Assembly: GCA_044892525.1 (NCBI GenBank)
Contig: CM097885.1
Coordinates: forward strand, 42,348,001 to 42,412,000
Reading direction: 5' to 3'
DNA: 64,000 bases
From: Schmidtea polychroa
Lineage: Eukaryota
Shown here piece by piece: positions 23,658-32,986 of the stretch (its first letter is position 1; each line of letters starts with the position of its first letter). A program made the position numbers and the translations under genes. Under the pieces are notes generated by a model, which worked only from the letters and a program-made list of their open reading frames with translations, was not told the DNA's origin and did not search any database.

Positions 23658-24881
23658 TTATACTAGCACGGTTCTATTTGCAGTAATTTGAACTTCATTT
23701 TCAAATACTCCATATATTATAACATGTACTGGTTCAGTAATGGCCTTTGCAAACTTTATATCCAGTCGTAAATTCCCGTTTTGTGGTAATTGACTCTGAT
23801 TTAAATCAAAATCGGGAGCTAGAACAAATGTGAAAAATGGGTATTTGCTTTTAAATTCTTCAAGAGTTATTCCGCAATTCAAGTTTTTATCTAAATAACC
23901 CAGATTTCTAACAATACTCTGCATATATGTCGCACAGTAATTATCATTCTCGAAATCTTGAGTATATGTTTCTCTATAATCAGTATTTTTCGATAAAGTC
24001 AATGAAGTAACACCAAAATTTTTGAAAATTGAGCTGGAAGCAGTATACGATCCATTATATTGCGTTTCACTTTGAAATGTTACCAGAATAAAATTAGGCA
24101 TTCTTCTGTCACCAAATATTTGTTCTTTATAGAATGATGAAGCACCTTTAGCAATAGCAAATTGTACAATTTCCTTTGTTTTTAAAGGATAAATTGCATG
24201 TTTTGAATTAAGCCCCAATTGATGACCAGCTAATACTGACTGGTCTACTCGAACTCTTCTCACCAATAATTTTGCATCAACTAATTGACATATTGGTGCA
24301 CCAGTTGCACTAGTAAGAGACAATGCAGAATCAGATCTTTTCAGTCTAATATGTATATTAACTCCCGGTAGTAAATATTTCGGTTGATCCATAAAATCAA
24401 GTTGTAATGATGAGCACATAGTGAATACTTTTGAACCTTTAACCCACTTTTTTCTTTCATCATCTGCTGCTGCATAACCCATAGGTGTAAGACAGGTATT
24501 TTTAGTATCTGAATTGTAATTTAAAATAGTTTCTATCAAAGCCTTGTGAATGAATGTATTATTTCCACCCTCAATCTTGATATTATTAAATCCCAACACT
24601 GCATCTTTAAACAGAGTATGAAACATGAAATTGTTTGGTAATACATCCGCATTGGCATCCAAAACCTTTCTATCTTTATCTACAACCTTGATCTGAACAG
24701 TCAATAAAGTATCGTTCAAATCTAAATATTCAGTTTGCGAACCATTAATATAAAACTCGATATCATTTCTACTATCAGTAATTGAATTCATAGGAAAAAC
24801 TTCCTCAAAGGCACCAAATTCTATTACAGCCTGGGGCGATGGTCTATCAAATATACATAATTCAGATTTACCACAAATCAT
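23658..24881 (-). CDS. Polinton major capsid protein (PY, double jelly-roll)
   Basis: 407 aa; SELCIF...IEFYING...YLDLNDT N-terminus and GNLRLDIKF C-terminus typical of Polinton MCP; position in the morphogenesis cluster. Confidence 0.88.
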   Translation of the reverse strand: MICGKSELCIFDRPSPQAVIEFGAFEEVFPMNSITDSRNDIEFYINGSQTEYLDLNDTLLTVQIKVVDKDRKVLDANADVLPNNFMFHTLFKDAVLGFNNIKIEGGNNTFIHKALIETILNYNSDTKNTCLTPMGYAAADDERKKWVKGSKVFTMCSSLQLDFMDQPKYLLPGVNIHIRLKRSDSALSLTSATGAPICQLVDAKLLVRRVRVDQSVLAGHQLGLNSKHAIYPLKTKEIVQFAIAKGASSFYKEQIFGDRRMPNFILVTFQSETQYNGSYTASSSIFKNFGVTSLTLSKNTDYRETYTQDFENDNYCATYMQSIVRNLGYLDKNLNCGITLEEFKSKYPFFTFVLAPDFDLNQSQLPQNGNLRLDIKFAKAITEPVHVIIYGVFENEVQITANRTVLV

Positions 24882-25240
24882 TTTGCAAATATAGTTCCAT
24901 GTCCTTTCATTCGTTTGTTTATACGCGATATTCCATGTCCTTTACGTTTTGGAGCTGGGGCTGGAGGCGTATCTTTTTGAAACATACCAGCAACTCCAGG
25001 TAGAACCTTCCCTAACTCCGCTAAAGCATTTGTTTTTAGAGATGGTAATATTTTCTGTTCATTCATAATCACATCTTTAGCAGTTTTCATGCCAAAACTA
25101 CCAATACGTTTAAGAATAGGAAGTGCAAATCTCCCTATTGTTTTTAACCAACCTGATCCATACTGTTTACCAATAAAATATGGTAATTCACCACCAGATT
25201 GGCTATCACTATACATACTAATAATATCGGAATTAGCCAT
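24878..25240 (-). CDS. Small conserved Polinton virion/core protein with QxGG/QxGxG motifs and amphipathic helix
   Basis: QSGGELPYFIGKQYGSGWLKTIGRFALPILKRIG; basic C-terminus. Confidence 0.75.
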   Translation of the reverse strand: MANSDIISMYSDSQSGGELPYFIGKQYGSGWLKTIGRFALPILKRIGSFGMKTAKDVIMNEQKILPSLKTNALAELGKVLPGVAGMFQKDTPPAPAPKRKGHGISRINKRMKGHGTIFAK

Positions 25241-26300
25241 CTACTTTACGAAAATGTAGTGTCAAATGAGTTTTTGAGTCTTTTGGGAAGTTTATAAGTT
25301 TTCCACTATCGTCACGAATATTTATTTCTATATTGTTTATACATGAGCTTGAAATTGGTAAATACATGGGATTATCTATATTTATATTGACAACTTCATC
25401 ATGTTCATATTTTCCAATCCACACCGATTTCAATAGAGGAACACTGGAATCACCAACTATTATAGGCTCAATAATATTAGTATATATGAACATTTGTTGA
25501 TGATGTTCAAGTATTCTTGGTTTACGTATACCAGCCGATTTTTCCCGATATTGCTGCTTCTCTAATCCAAGTGTATTTGTCAAATTTTTATCAAATGTAA
25601 CTTCGCAAATGTCATCATTCAAACTGAAGGTAAATAACAAATCTTTCACAATATCCAAACTTTTAAATATGTGTGAACAATTATACTTTAAATATTTAAG
25701 TAACACATCAAGTTTATCAATATATAATTCGTCAGCGAAGGTGAATGATTCTTCAACTTCATTATTATACGACACTGAAATTTTGATTTCTTCTCTCATT
25801 ACACTGTTTGCTTCAAATAGATCAAAGCGTAATAAATATTCTGTTTCCATAACTTCATTTTTCAACTTATTGCAACCCATTCGTCTGGCATCTTCAATAT
25901 ATTCGAATGTTATTGTAAATGGTTTAAAATCACAACTGATATTTAATCCATCCTTGTAAAACATAGTGCAATGCTGATCTAATATTTGATTCGGAATATG
26001 ATATGTTTTATCATAATTACTGATAATAAAGATACCACTACATGTTTTCATAGCATTCCTTTTGAAATCAATCTTACATTGACTATAAAATGGGAATGTA
26101 TTGTACACGAATGTAAAATCTTGCAGTGCAACTTCCCAGTCACCATTTAAAGAAATCGGATTCTGGAGATTGACCATGAATTTACTGGCTTGATTATCTG
26201 GATGAATAAGCGGGCAACTATTGCTTGGTAAAATAGTATAAAAATTCACTTTACTAGGTCCTTTTCTGATATCCATGATGGGTTTTGATAACCATGCCAT
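25233..26300 (-). CDS. Polinton minor capsid (penton, PX); true start uncertain
   Basis: FYTILPSNS...DNQASKF...L.GDWEVAL; C-terminal IYTNIIEP.IVGD...PLL...IEINIRD..G...F.....LTLHFR. Confidence 0.88.
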   Translation of the reverse strand: MAWLSKPIMDIRKGPSKVNFYTILPSNSCPLIHPDNQASKFMVNLQNPISLNGDWEVALQDFTFVYNTFPFYSQCKIDFKRNAMKTCSGIFIISNYDKTYHIPNQILDQHCTMFYKDGLNISCDFKPFTITFEYIEDARRMGCNKLKNEVMETEYLLRFDLFEANSVMREEIKISVSYNNEVEESFTFADELYIDKLDVLLKYLKYNCSHIFKSLDIVKDLLFTFSLNDDICEVTFDKNLTNTLGLEKQQYREKSAGIRKPRILEHHQQMFIYTNIIEPIIVGDSSVPLLKSVWIGKYEHDEVVNINIDNPMYLPISSSCINNIEINIRDDSGKLINFPKDSKTHLTLHFRKVDG

Positions 26301-27301
26301 TTGACATAGTATTGTTTATCCTTGCCTTTATTTTTAGTTTTCAAAATCTTCTGAATTCTAAATACTTTTGGGGGAGGAATAACTTGTAATTCCTGCTCAT
26401 AAAATTTTCCTTGTACAATATTGTTATCATTGTCTTTGATGACATACATTACAGGATTCTGTTTAGTATTTATTTTTGAAATTACAAAGACTTCATCACT
26501 CCAATTCGTATCAAAATTTTTAATAAATGGTGATGCACTAATTTTACTAATTCTAACATGGTCACCTACTTTATATTTCGGTTTTGTAATTTTTTCAGGT
26601 TTTTTAGAATAGATTGTTTTTGACGTGATATCAATCGGCCTTAATCCATTCAGTCCTTGATGTGATGAGTGATTATAACTGGTTATTATTTTTGGTAAAA
26701 CCAATACCCATTTTTTATTACCTTGATGCACGAATAATTTCTTTAATCTATCTCTCAAAGTTCGGTTAAATCTTTCAACATGAGCAGCTTTGTATTGAGA
26801 ATGTACTGAGTAATGGTTTATTTTCAATTTATTGAGGATTTGCTTGACTTTACTGTTGTAGAATTCTTTACCTAAAATAATAATAATAATAATAAAAATA
26901 ATAATATTAATACCTAAATCAGTTTGCAAGTTTTTGGGATGTCCATCTTTAAATAAATGATTAACAGCTTTGGACATTTCATCTGCAGATTTTGCCTTGA
27001 CGGGTATTGCTCGGGCAAACCGACTGAATACATCAATACTTGTTAAAATATATTTATACCCATTGTTAATTTTCGAATAGGGTATCATCTCCATCAAATC
27101 CATTTGCCATAAATCATTTATTCCATATGTTTTATATGCTCTTGTTGGGAATCGTTTCTGCATTGGTTTGTTCAAACTGTACGCAAGCTGGTCTGATAAC
27201 CACTTCTGAGTTTCCTTTTTCGAATTCGGAACTCTTTTCCTTAATTTTGCCACTCCACCAAAACCGGCTTCGTCTTCCGGGTTCGTCCAAATCTTCTCCA
27301 T
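26246..27301 (-). CDS. int: Retroviral-like DDE integrase with C-terminal chromo-like domain; 42-nt intron 26913-26872
   Basis: WQMDL, IDVFSRFA, QTDLG|KEF, VERFNRTL, YYVKWHGY...SWI; likely start MEKIW at 27301. Confidence 0.95.
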   Translation of the reverse strand: MEKIWTNPEDEAGFGGVAKLRKRVPNSKKETQKWLSDQLAYSLNKPMQKRFPTRAYKTYGINDLWQMDLMEMIPYSKINNGYKYILTSIDVFSRFARAIPVKAKSADEMSKAVNHLFKDGHPKNLQTDLGINIIIFIIIIIILGKEFYNSKVKQILNKLKINHYSVHSQYKAAHVERFNRTLRDRLKKLFVHQGNKKWVLVLPKIITSYNHSSHQGLNGLRPIDITSKTIYSKKPEKITKPKYKVGDHVRISKISASPFIKNFDTNWSDEVFVISKINTKQNPVMYVIKDNDNNIVQGKFYEQELQVIPPPKVFRIQKILKTKNKGKDKQYYVKWHGYQNPSWISEKDLVK

Positions 27302-27359
27302 TACAACAAGAAGATTTAATATTAAATTTAATGTCTGGTAATGAAGGATTAGCACCCAT
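27132..27359 (-). CDS. Small putative myristoylated protein overlapping the integrase 5' end
   Basis: MGANPS (MGxxxS) plus SSCC; ATG 3 nt after the upstream stop, in AACAATGG context. Confidence 0.5.
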   Translation of the reverse strand: MGANPSLPDIKFNIKSSCCNGEDLDEPGRRSRFWWSGKIKEKSSEFEKGNSEVVIRPACVQFEQTNAETIPNKSI

Positions 27360-27362
27360 TGT

Positions 27363-27851
27363 TTATGATCGACTTCCTATTATTCCACCTAATAATGATA
27401 TTGCTAAAGGTATCAATGCACCGATAAATCCCCCTTGTTGTTTATATATAATTTTTCTCATTTGTTGACGATTTTTATTATTTACTAATGATAGCAAAGG
27501 TTTCCTATGTTTACTCAATAATTGCTTTTTAGATTTACTGATTTTAATCTTGCCTTTGACTACTTTAAGTATAATATCGAGTAAATCATCGACAACATAA
27601 TTTGGAAATGATTGCAAAATACTGTTTCTTTTCATACTTGGTGCCTTTAACAATGTATTGAAAAACGGGAAACTCCGATGATTTTTAACAACTTTTACTT
27701 TCTTAGTGGTTTTACTTTTAGGTTTAGGATTTTTCGAAATAAGATTCATTGCAGGAAAATTTTCTGTAATAAGTTCTTTAGATGGAGTATAACTAGTTGT
27801 TGGTGGAACTTTTGGTTGTTTTTTACCCGATATCCTTGTTTTTGAAAACAT
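27363..27851 (-). CDS. Basic Polinton protein with C-terminal QxGG and hydrophobic amphipathic tail (putative core/membrane-active virion protein)
   Basis: Lys-rich; ends QQGGFIGALIPLAISLLGGIIGSRS. Confidence 0.75.
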   Translation of the reverse strand: MFSKTRISGKKQPKVPPTTSYTPSKELITENFPAMNLISKNPKPKSKTTKKVKVVKNHRSFPFFNTLLKAPSMKRNSILQSFPNYVVDDLLDIILKVVKGKIKISKSKKQLLSKHRKPLLSLVNNKNRQQMRKIIYKQQGGFIGALIPLAISLLGGIIGSRS

Positions 27852-27864
27852 GATTTACGTGTTT

Positions 27865-28503
27865 TCAACTTTGTTTTGAACTTTGTTTATATACCATGGC
27901 ACCTTTTGGGTTGAAAATATCTGTTTTTACCCGTATATCATCAGGGCATTGTTGTGTGAAATCGAGAAATATATACCCATGCGGTATTTTCGTAGCATCT
28001 TGAAATGCATTGATAAGAAAATTACGGTTATTAGGGTATGCTTGTCGTCCAAGAAAATCAATGACAGTTGCATCTCTAGGATTCTTGAAAATAACTAAAT
28101 ATTGTACATTTAAATTACGTGTTCGATGTGCACCACCTTGATGAAATAGATTTTGTGTTATGAAAATAACTGTTACACCAACATGTCTGCTGATTTTTGT
28201 GAATAAATTATTAAAGTCCTTTTCTTTATTGGCTTCTTGATACAAATCATCGATAATGATGACATCATCTTTCTTCAAACGACTTGACCAGTTTTTATCA
28301 AAGCCCTTTACTATTTTCATGTTTTTCAACTGACAGAAACTTGATTGCGTCAATCCGTGTTCTTCGTCGGCGCCCCTATGCCAATAAATATTGTTGAATT
28401 TTGTTTTAAACAAATTTGATTTTAGTAATTTACAAACAAATAAAGTTTTCCCGCTACCACTTGGACCAACGATTTGGTATACTGCATCATTTCGTAATTC
28501 CAT
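27865..28503 (-). CDS. A32/FtsK-like DNA packaging ATPase
   Basis: Walker A GPSGSGKT, Walker B IIIDD, SRH, ITQNLF. Confidence 0.95.
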   Translation of the reverse strand: MELRNDAVYQIVGPSGSGKTLFVCKLLKSNLFKTKFNNIYWHRGADEEHGLTQSSFCQLKNMKIVKGFDKNWSSRLKKDDVIIIDDLYQEANKEKDFNNLFTKISRHVGVTVIFITQNLFHQGGAHRTRNLNVQYLVIFKNPRDATVIDFLGRQAYPNNRNFLINAFQDATKIPHGYIFLDFTQQCPDDIRVKTDIFNPKGAMVYKQSSKQS

Positions 28504-28607
28504 TTTTTAAATTTAAACTATATAATTATTGTTTATATTGATAATTTAAATGAACTCTGTTTTTAAATACCTATATATATCAAAGTTTTTAAAATTATTT
28601 CATTAAA

Positions 28608-29072
28608 ATGCTTTCAAATATAAATTACAGGGCAAAAACTGATGTATCAAAAATGGTATTTCCAATAGGGAAACCACAACAACTTATCAATAGAAGTAAT
28701 AAATATCCAATAATATATTTCAAAACTGGTAAATGTAGAATTATGGGGTGTAAGGAAATAATCAAAGCTAGTGAATATAATGTTTATGATTTAGAAATAC
28801 AATCGATAACCGTAACTTCCGATATAGGTTTTTCTTGTAATTTAAATAAATTAGCTAAATTAATACCATGCTTTTATGAACCAGAATTATTTCCAGCTTT
28901 GAGATATATAAAATATAACCCTATGTGTGTAAATATATTCGCTAGCGGTAAGATAGTAATTCTTGGAATAAAAAATATTGATTACAAATGTATAGTTGAT
29001 AATATCATATCTGAAATTAAATCAATAATTGAAGGAAAAGAATTTTTAGATTTTTTATTATCACTTAATTAA
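28608..29072 (+). CDS. TBP: Divergent TATA-binding protein-like protein encoded by the Polinton
   Basis: Two TBP half-repeats: IYFKTGKCRIMG and YEPELFPAL...NIFASGKIVILG (compare TBP IFSSGKMVCTG, YEPELFPGL, IFVSGKVVLTG). Confidence 0.88.
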   Translation: MLSNINYRAKTDVSKMVFPIGKPQQLINRSNKYPIIYFKTGKCRIMGCKEIIKASEYNVYDLEIQSITVTSDIGFSCNLNKLAKLIPCFYEPELFPALRYIKYNPMCVNIFASGKIVILGIKNIDYKCIVDNIISEIKSIIEGKEFLDFLLSLN

Positions 29073-29109
29073 TTATTTATCATTCAATTAAAACAAAAAC
29101 ATACTGCAA

Positions 29110-29146
29110 TCTGATTGGATGATAAACAATAGTCATAGGTATAAAA
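29110..29146 (+). promoter_or_regulatory. Inverted CCAAT box plus TATAAAA
   Basis: TCTGATTGG 29110-29118 and TATAAAA 29140-29146 upstream of ATG 29181. Confidence 0.6.
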
Positions 29147-29180
29147 ACCCTGTACCATTTCATTTTAATCATAATTCACA

Positions 29181-29600
29181 ATGACCAAGAAAATTTCAAG
29201 CACTGAAAAACCAAAAGTAGTTCCAGAACTTGTACAACCTGTTCAAATGTTCCACAACTACAAAATGTATTTTTTAAAAGAAGAAATCAATATGAAATTG
29301 GTGTCACCGATCAAGCTAATTCCTACCCAATTTCAATTCTTAACCGGCACGCTTTCAATGTTAGATATTAAAACCATAGATGATGTTTTCAAAAGGTTGA
29401 ATACGAATCTATCATGCAATCAAAATGCATTTTTCAACAACCGATATGCAAAATTTTATGATTCCTTTGATGAAATCAGTTTCAAAGAAAACGAAAATTG
29501 GTATATAACAATTACAATCCAAGGATATAAAGTTGATAATAATGATGTGTATTCTCCAATTTGGAAAATTATGTCTGCTAGACTTTCACAGTTATTTTAA
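29181..29600 (+). CDS. Hypothetical Polinton protein, possibly OB-fold ssDNA-binding
   Basis: 139-aa ORF with promoter motifs and downstream AATAAA; beta-rich C-terminus ITITIQGYK...SPIWKIMSARL. Confidence 0.65.
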   Translation: MTKKISSTEKPKVVPELVQPVQMFHNYKMYFLKEEINMKLVSPIKLIPTQFQFLTGTLSMLDIKTIDDVFKRLNTNLSCNQNAFFNNRYAKFYDSFDEISFKENENWYITITIQGYKVDNNDVYSPIWKIMSARLSQLF

Positions 29601-29696
29601 TGTTGTATTTAATAAATGTATTTAGTTATATTTGTTTTCGCTTATATTCTATATTTTCTATAAACAAATATATACTATAGTTTTAAAATACTAATA

Positions 29697-30055
29697 ATGA
29701 CTACAGAAAAAGGTTAATATGATTAGTTAATTATCAAATTATTTAATATTTAGAATTTATAATAAACTTTTTATTGGAAAAATTAGCAGAAATATCTGGT
29801 GTGAAAATGGAGGATATATTATCTGTTACAAACGCATTAAATATAGACTGGGTAGCAGAGAGTGAAGATTCGGAATTTGATGAAACAGATGAAGAAAACA
29901 CTCAAGATGATGAGGAAAGCATTCAAGAAATTGATGAACCTATGGAGGAATTTACGGATACTGAACCGTGTGTATATAGGGATTGTATAGATCATGTTGT
30001 TGAAAATGTTATCAACTGTGGAGATGATGAATGTGAATGTGTTAATAAATTTTAG
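29697..30055 (+). CDS. Two-exon acidic protein with C-terminal Cys/His cluster (intron 29713-29753)
   Basis: ATG ACT ACA GAA AAA G|GT..41 nt..TTTAG|AA joins the 29774 ORF in frame; PCVYRDCIDH...CGDDECEC. Confidence 0.7.
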
Positions 30056-30123
30056 TGTATATTTAAAGAATAATATTTAGAATTTAGAAAGTTTTGTCTT
30101 GAATATTTTTACCAGTAATTTTG

Positions 30124-30224
30124 TGAACAGTACCCATGTGACTTGTTGAGTGTGAGTAGTACCCTTGTGAGCAGTACCCATAGGGGGACAGAATATCTTG
30201 TCGGATAGACTCGGTGTATATATG

Positions 30225-30256
<32 letters not shown>

Positions 30257-31042
30257 CAACGATTTAAACAAATTAAATTATTATGTAATCGATAATTAAA
30301 ACAAAAATTATTAGTTCTAAAAATATTAAGCATCGTTCTAAAAATATTAGACATCGTTCTAAAATTATGACGTAATCATTCTAAAAATAAGAGGCATCGT
30401 TCTAAAAATATTAGACATCGTTCTAAAAATATTAGGCATCATTCTAAAAATTATTACGTAATCATTCTAAAAATATTAGACATCGTTGGGTGAGTCATTG
30501 GGTGACTCATTCTCTTTGTTAATAATAATGATGATGATACCTTCTATGGCTCATTCGAAAGGTCTTGGACCGAGCTTTAAGTTGAGGTATCGTCCAATAA
30601 ATTCGGATAATGGGAACATTAATTTTTGGGATGAAAAAAAGTGTGAGCCCGCCAGATCACTTAATAATATTTTGGAAAATAATAATAATTTAACTTTGAA
30701 AAGATGGTGGTCATCAAATGTTAATAACATTAAAACTATTAAAGATATATAAGATACCTATAGCTCATTCGAAAGGTCTTGGACTGAGCTTTAAGATGAG
30801 GTATCGGTTAATAAAATTTGTTAACGAGAACATTAATTTTTGGGATGAAAAAAAGTGTGAGCCCGCCAGATCACTTAATTTTAAAAAATTATGTAATAGT
30901 TCTAAAAATATTATGCATTGGTTACGTAATAGTTCTAAAAATATGTGGCATCGTTCTAAAAAATTTTTTTTTCCGGGGGGGGGGGGGAGGGGGGTATGTG
31001 ATGCGGGGAGCTCATGATCTGGGGAGCTCACATCATACTACT
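30124..31042 (-). repeat. Right terminal inverted repeat
   Basis: Reverse complement of the left TIR with an extra ~214-bp duplicated unit. Confidence 0.92.
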
Positions 31043-31074
31043 GACGTTCTTAATTTCGTATATTTATTTCTACG

Positions 31075-31406
31075 TGTGAGGTGTTTTCAGCTGAGAATTA
31101 AATATTTTAATGAATTATTAAGATAATTTTAAATGATAGATAATGGATTATTAATATAAGTTTTAAAATAATTTTTAAATTGAAAAGAGATTTTGTTAAA
31201 GATAAATTTTAAATAAATAGGTTTTTAAAAGAAGTTTTATTAGTAAATAATTTTTAAATAAATAATTTTGAAAATATTTTATTCAAGGCTAAAAATTTGT
31301 TTGAAAATTGTACAATATTTCATTAAATAAATCCTTGGAATTATGACGTTATCTTTTGAACTTGATTTAAAAAATAATTAAGAAGATGCTCTAGTAGCTT
31401 CTAATA
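31075..31406 (+). repeat. Solo LTR of the 11.4-13.2 / 42.2-45.9 kb Gypsy family
   Basis: Begins TGTGAGGTGTTTTCAGCTGAG as after the PPT at 42406; ends CTTCTAATA where the PBS starts in the 45.6-kb copy; flanks CTACG/GTACG. Confidence 0.8.
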
Positions 31407-31409
31407 GTA

Positions 31410-31760
31410 CGGTTGTCAAATTCTTCAATGACGTTCTTAATTTCTTTTATTTATTTCCACCAAAATAAGTTGAAGCAGAACCATTGAATCGGTCCAACAT
31501 GTTAGGAAAATTAGATAAATTTTGATTTCCACGATTTAATACAAGAAAATTTAGATTCTTTTGGAATGCGTTTACAGCTCTAATCATATAAAAAATTCAT
31601 TTACCAGCGCCTTCTAGTTCTAAATTTAAATCATTAAATTTATCTGTTATATCGATTAAAAATGCCAAATCCAATAACCAAATATAATCATTTAACTGCT
31701 TATAATCTTTGCCCTCTTGTCAAGAAAATGCTTAATATCTTTGATTTGATCCCTAAATAA
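31410..31760 (-). pseudogene. hAT (SPIN/GTF2IRD2-like) transposase remnant
   Basis: Translates DYKQLNDYIWLLDLAFLIDITDKFNDLNLELEG. Confidence 0.7.
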
Positions 31761-32439
31761 TAAAATTACTAAACACATTGTCAAATACCTTTTCAGAAAA
31801 TACGAAGAAAATTAGATGTGGATAAGATGTAATCATAGCACGACAGAAAGGTAATCAAGTATGGCGTAAGAATGTTTGCTGTTAAGTGGCATATTGAGGA
31901 AGAATTTGCTGCAAAGACCTGTAAAATTTATGGAAAGAATTTTTAGGTCTCATCACTTAATGGATCTTTTTTGTAAGTGGAGAGTAAATATTATCTTCAT
32001 ATATATTAAGATTGTTGAAATTTTTATTTTTATTCATAGTTATTAGTTTAAAATTCAAAAGATTTTTTCAAACTTTATTATTAAAACAAACTGCCAACTT
32101 AAACTCGGAGAATTAATTAAATAATGTGTCTTCATATTCTAAGTGATGTCAACATACAACAATCATACAAATATTATTAAGTATATCATATTAAATATTT
32201 AGTATAGATATTTAAATTAACGATAAATTATTTATCTCACAATATACATGTATCAACTATACCAAACCCCACTGAGATACATTTTCTATAGTGGTGGTTA
32301 TTTTGCAAATCATTAAATTGACTCACCAATTTAATAAATTTTATTTCTTGAAATTTATTTTAGTCAATTTTGAAATGGCTTTCAGGTAAGACATTTAAGT
32401 TAAAGTAAATTTTAAGACTTGAATTTTGATCCATATAGA

Positions 32440-32600
32440 TATGAGATCATTATTCAAGTTCTTAAATATTACTTTTAGTCAACATTTGTATTATAAATTA
32501 TTTTTAATTAATTTCCAGTTTTTTAGGAATTTTATGAAATATATTTTATAATTATTTTGGAATTATTTTCTTAAAGTCAGATATATTTTTAATTATAATT
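32440..32600 (+). repeat. Dispersed repeat, second copy at ~37911-38065
   Basis: Shared ATGAGATCATTATTCAAGTTCTTAAATATTACTTTTAGTC and downstream similarity. Confidence 0.75.
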
Positions 32601-32986
32601 AATTAAATTAATTGCAAAAAATGTATTTTTCTAAAATATTTCTAAAACAAATATCAGAAATTCTAATGAATATTTAATTTAATTTTGACTGACAAATAGT
32701 TCTTACGATGATATTTAGTCATTTTCATGACAATAATTTCTTTAAAAATACATTTAAAAACATTTTCAGCGATTAATTTTTTCTAAGAATTGTATAAAAT
32801 AGAGTTATTATAGAAACGTATCTCAGCGGCGCATTTCTATATATCGAAAGTTTGCATGTGTTTTTTAGTATGTGTTGTGTTTGTGTACAGTATTTGATTT
32901 TTCTTCCGCTTTTTAGATTTCTATAGTGTAAGATGTATTTCATTGCACTATTAATGAAAAAATCAGTATGAATTCAAAGTAAGTAT

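Larger units (their letters stand above)
15537..31042. mobile_element. Full-length Maverick/Polinton (endogenous polintovirus), 15,506 bp
   Basis: Termini AGTAGTATGATGTGAGCTCCCC / GGGGAGCTCACATCATACTACT; 6-bp TSD GACGTT at 15531-15536 and 31043-31048; pPolB, integrase, ATPase, protease, two capsid genes. Confidence 0.98.
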
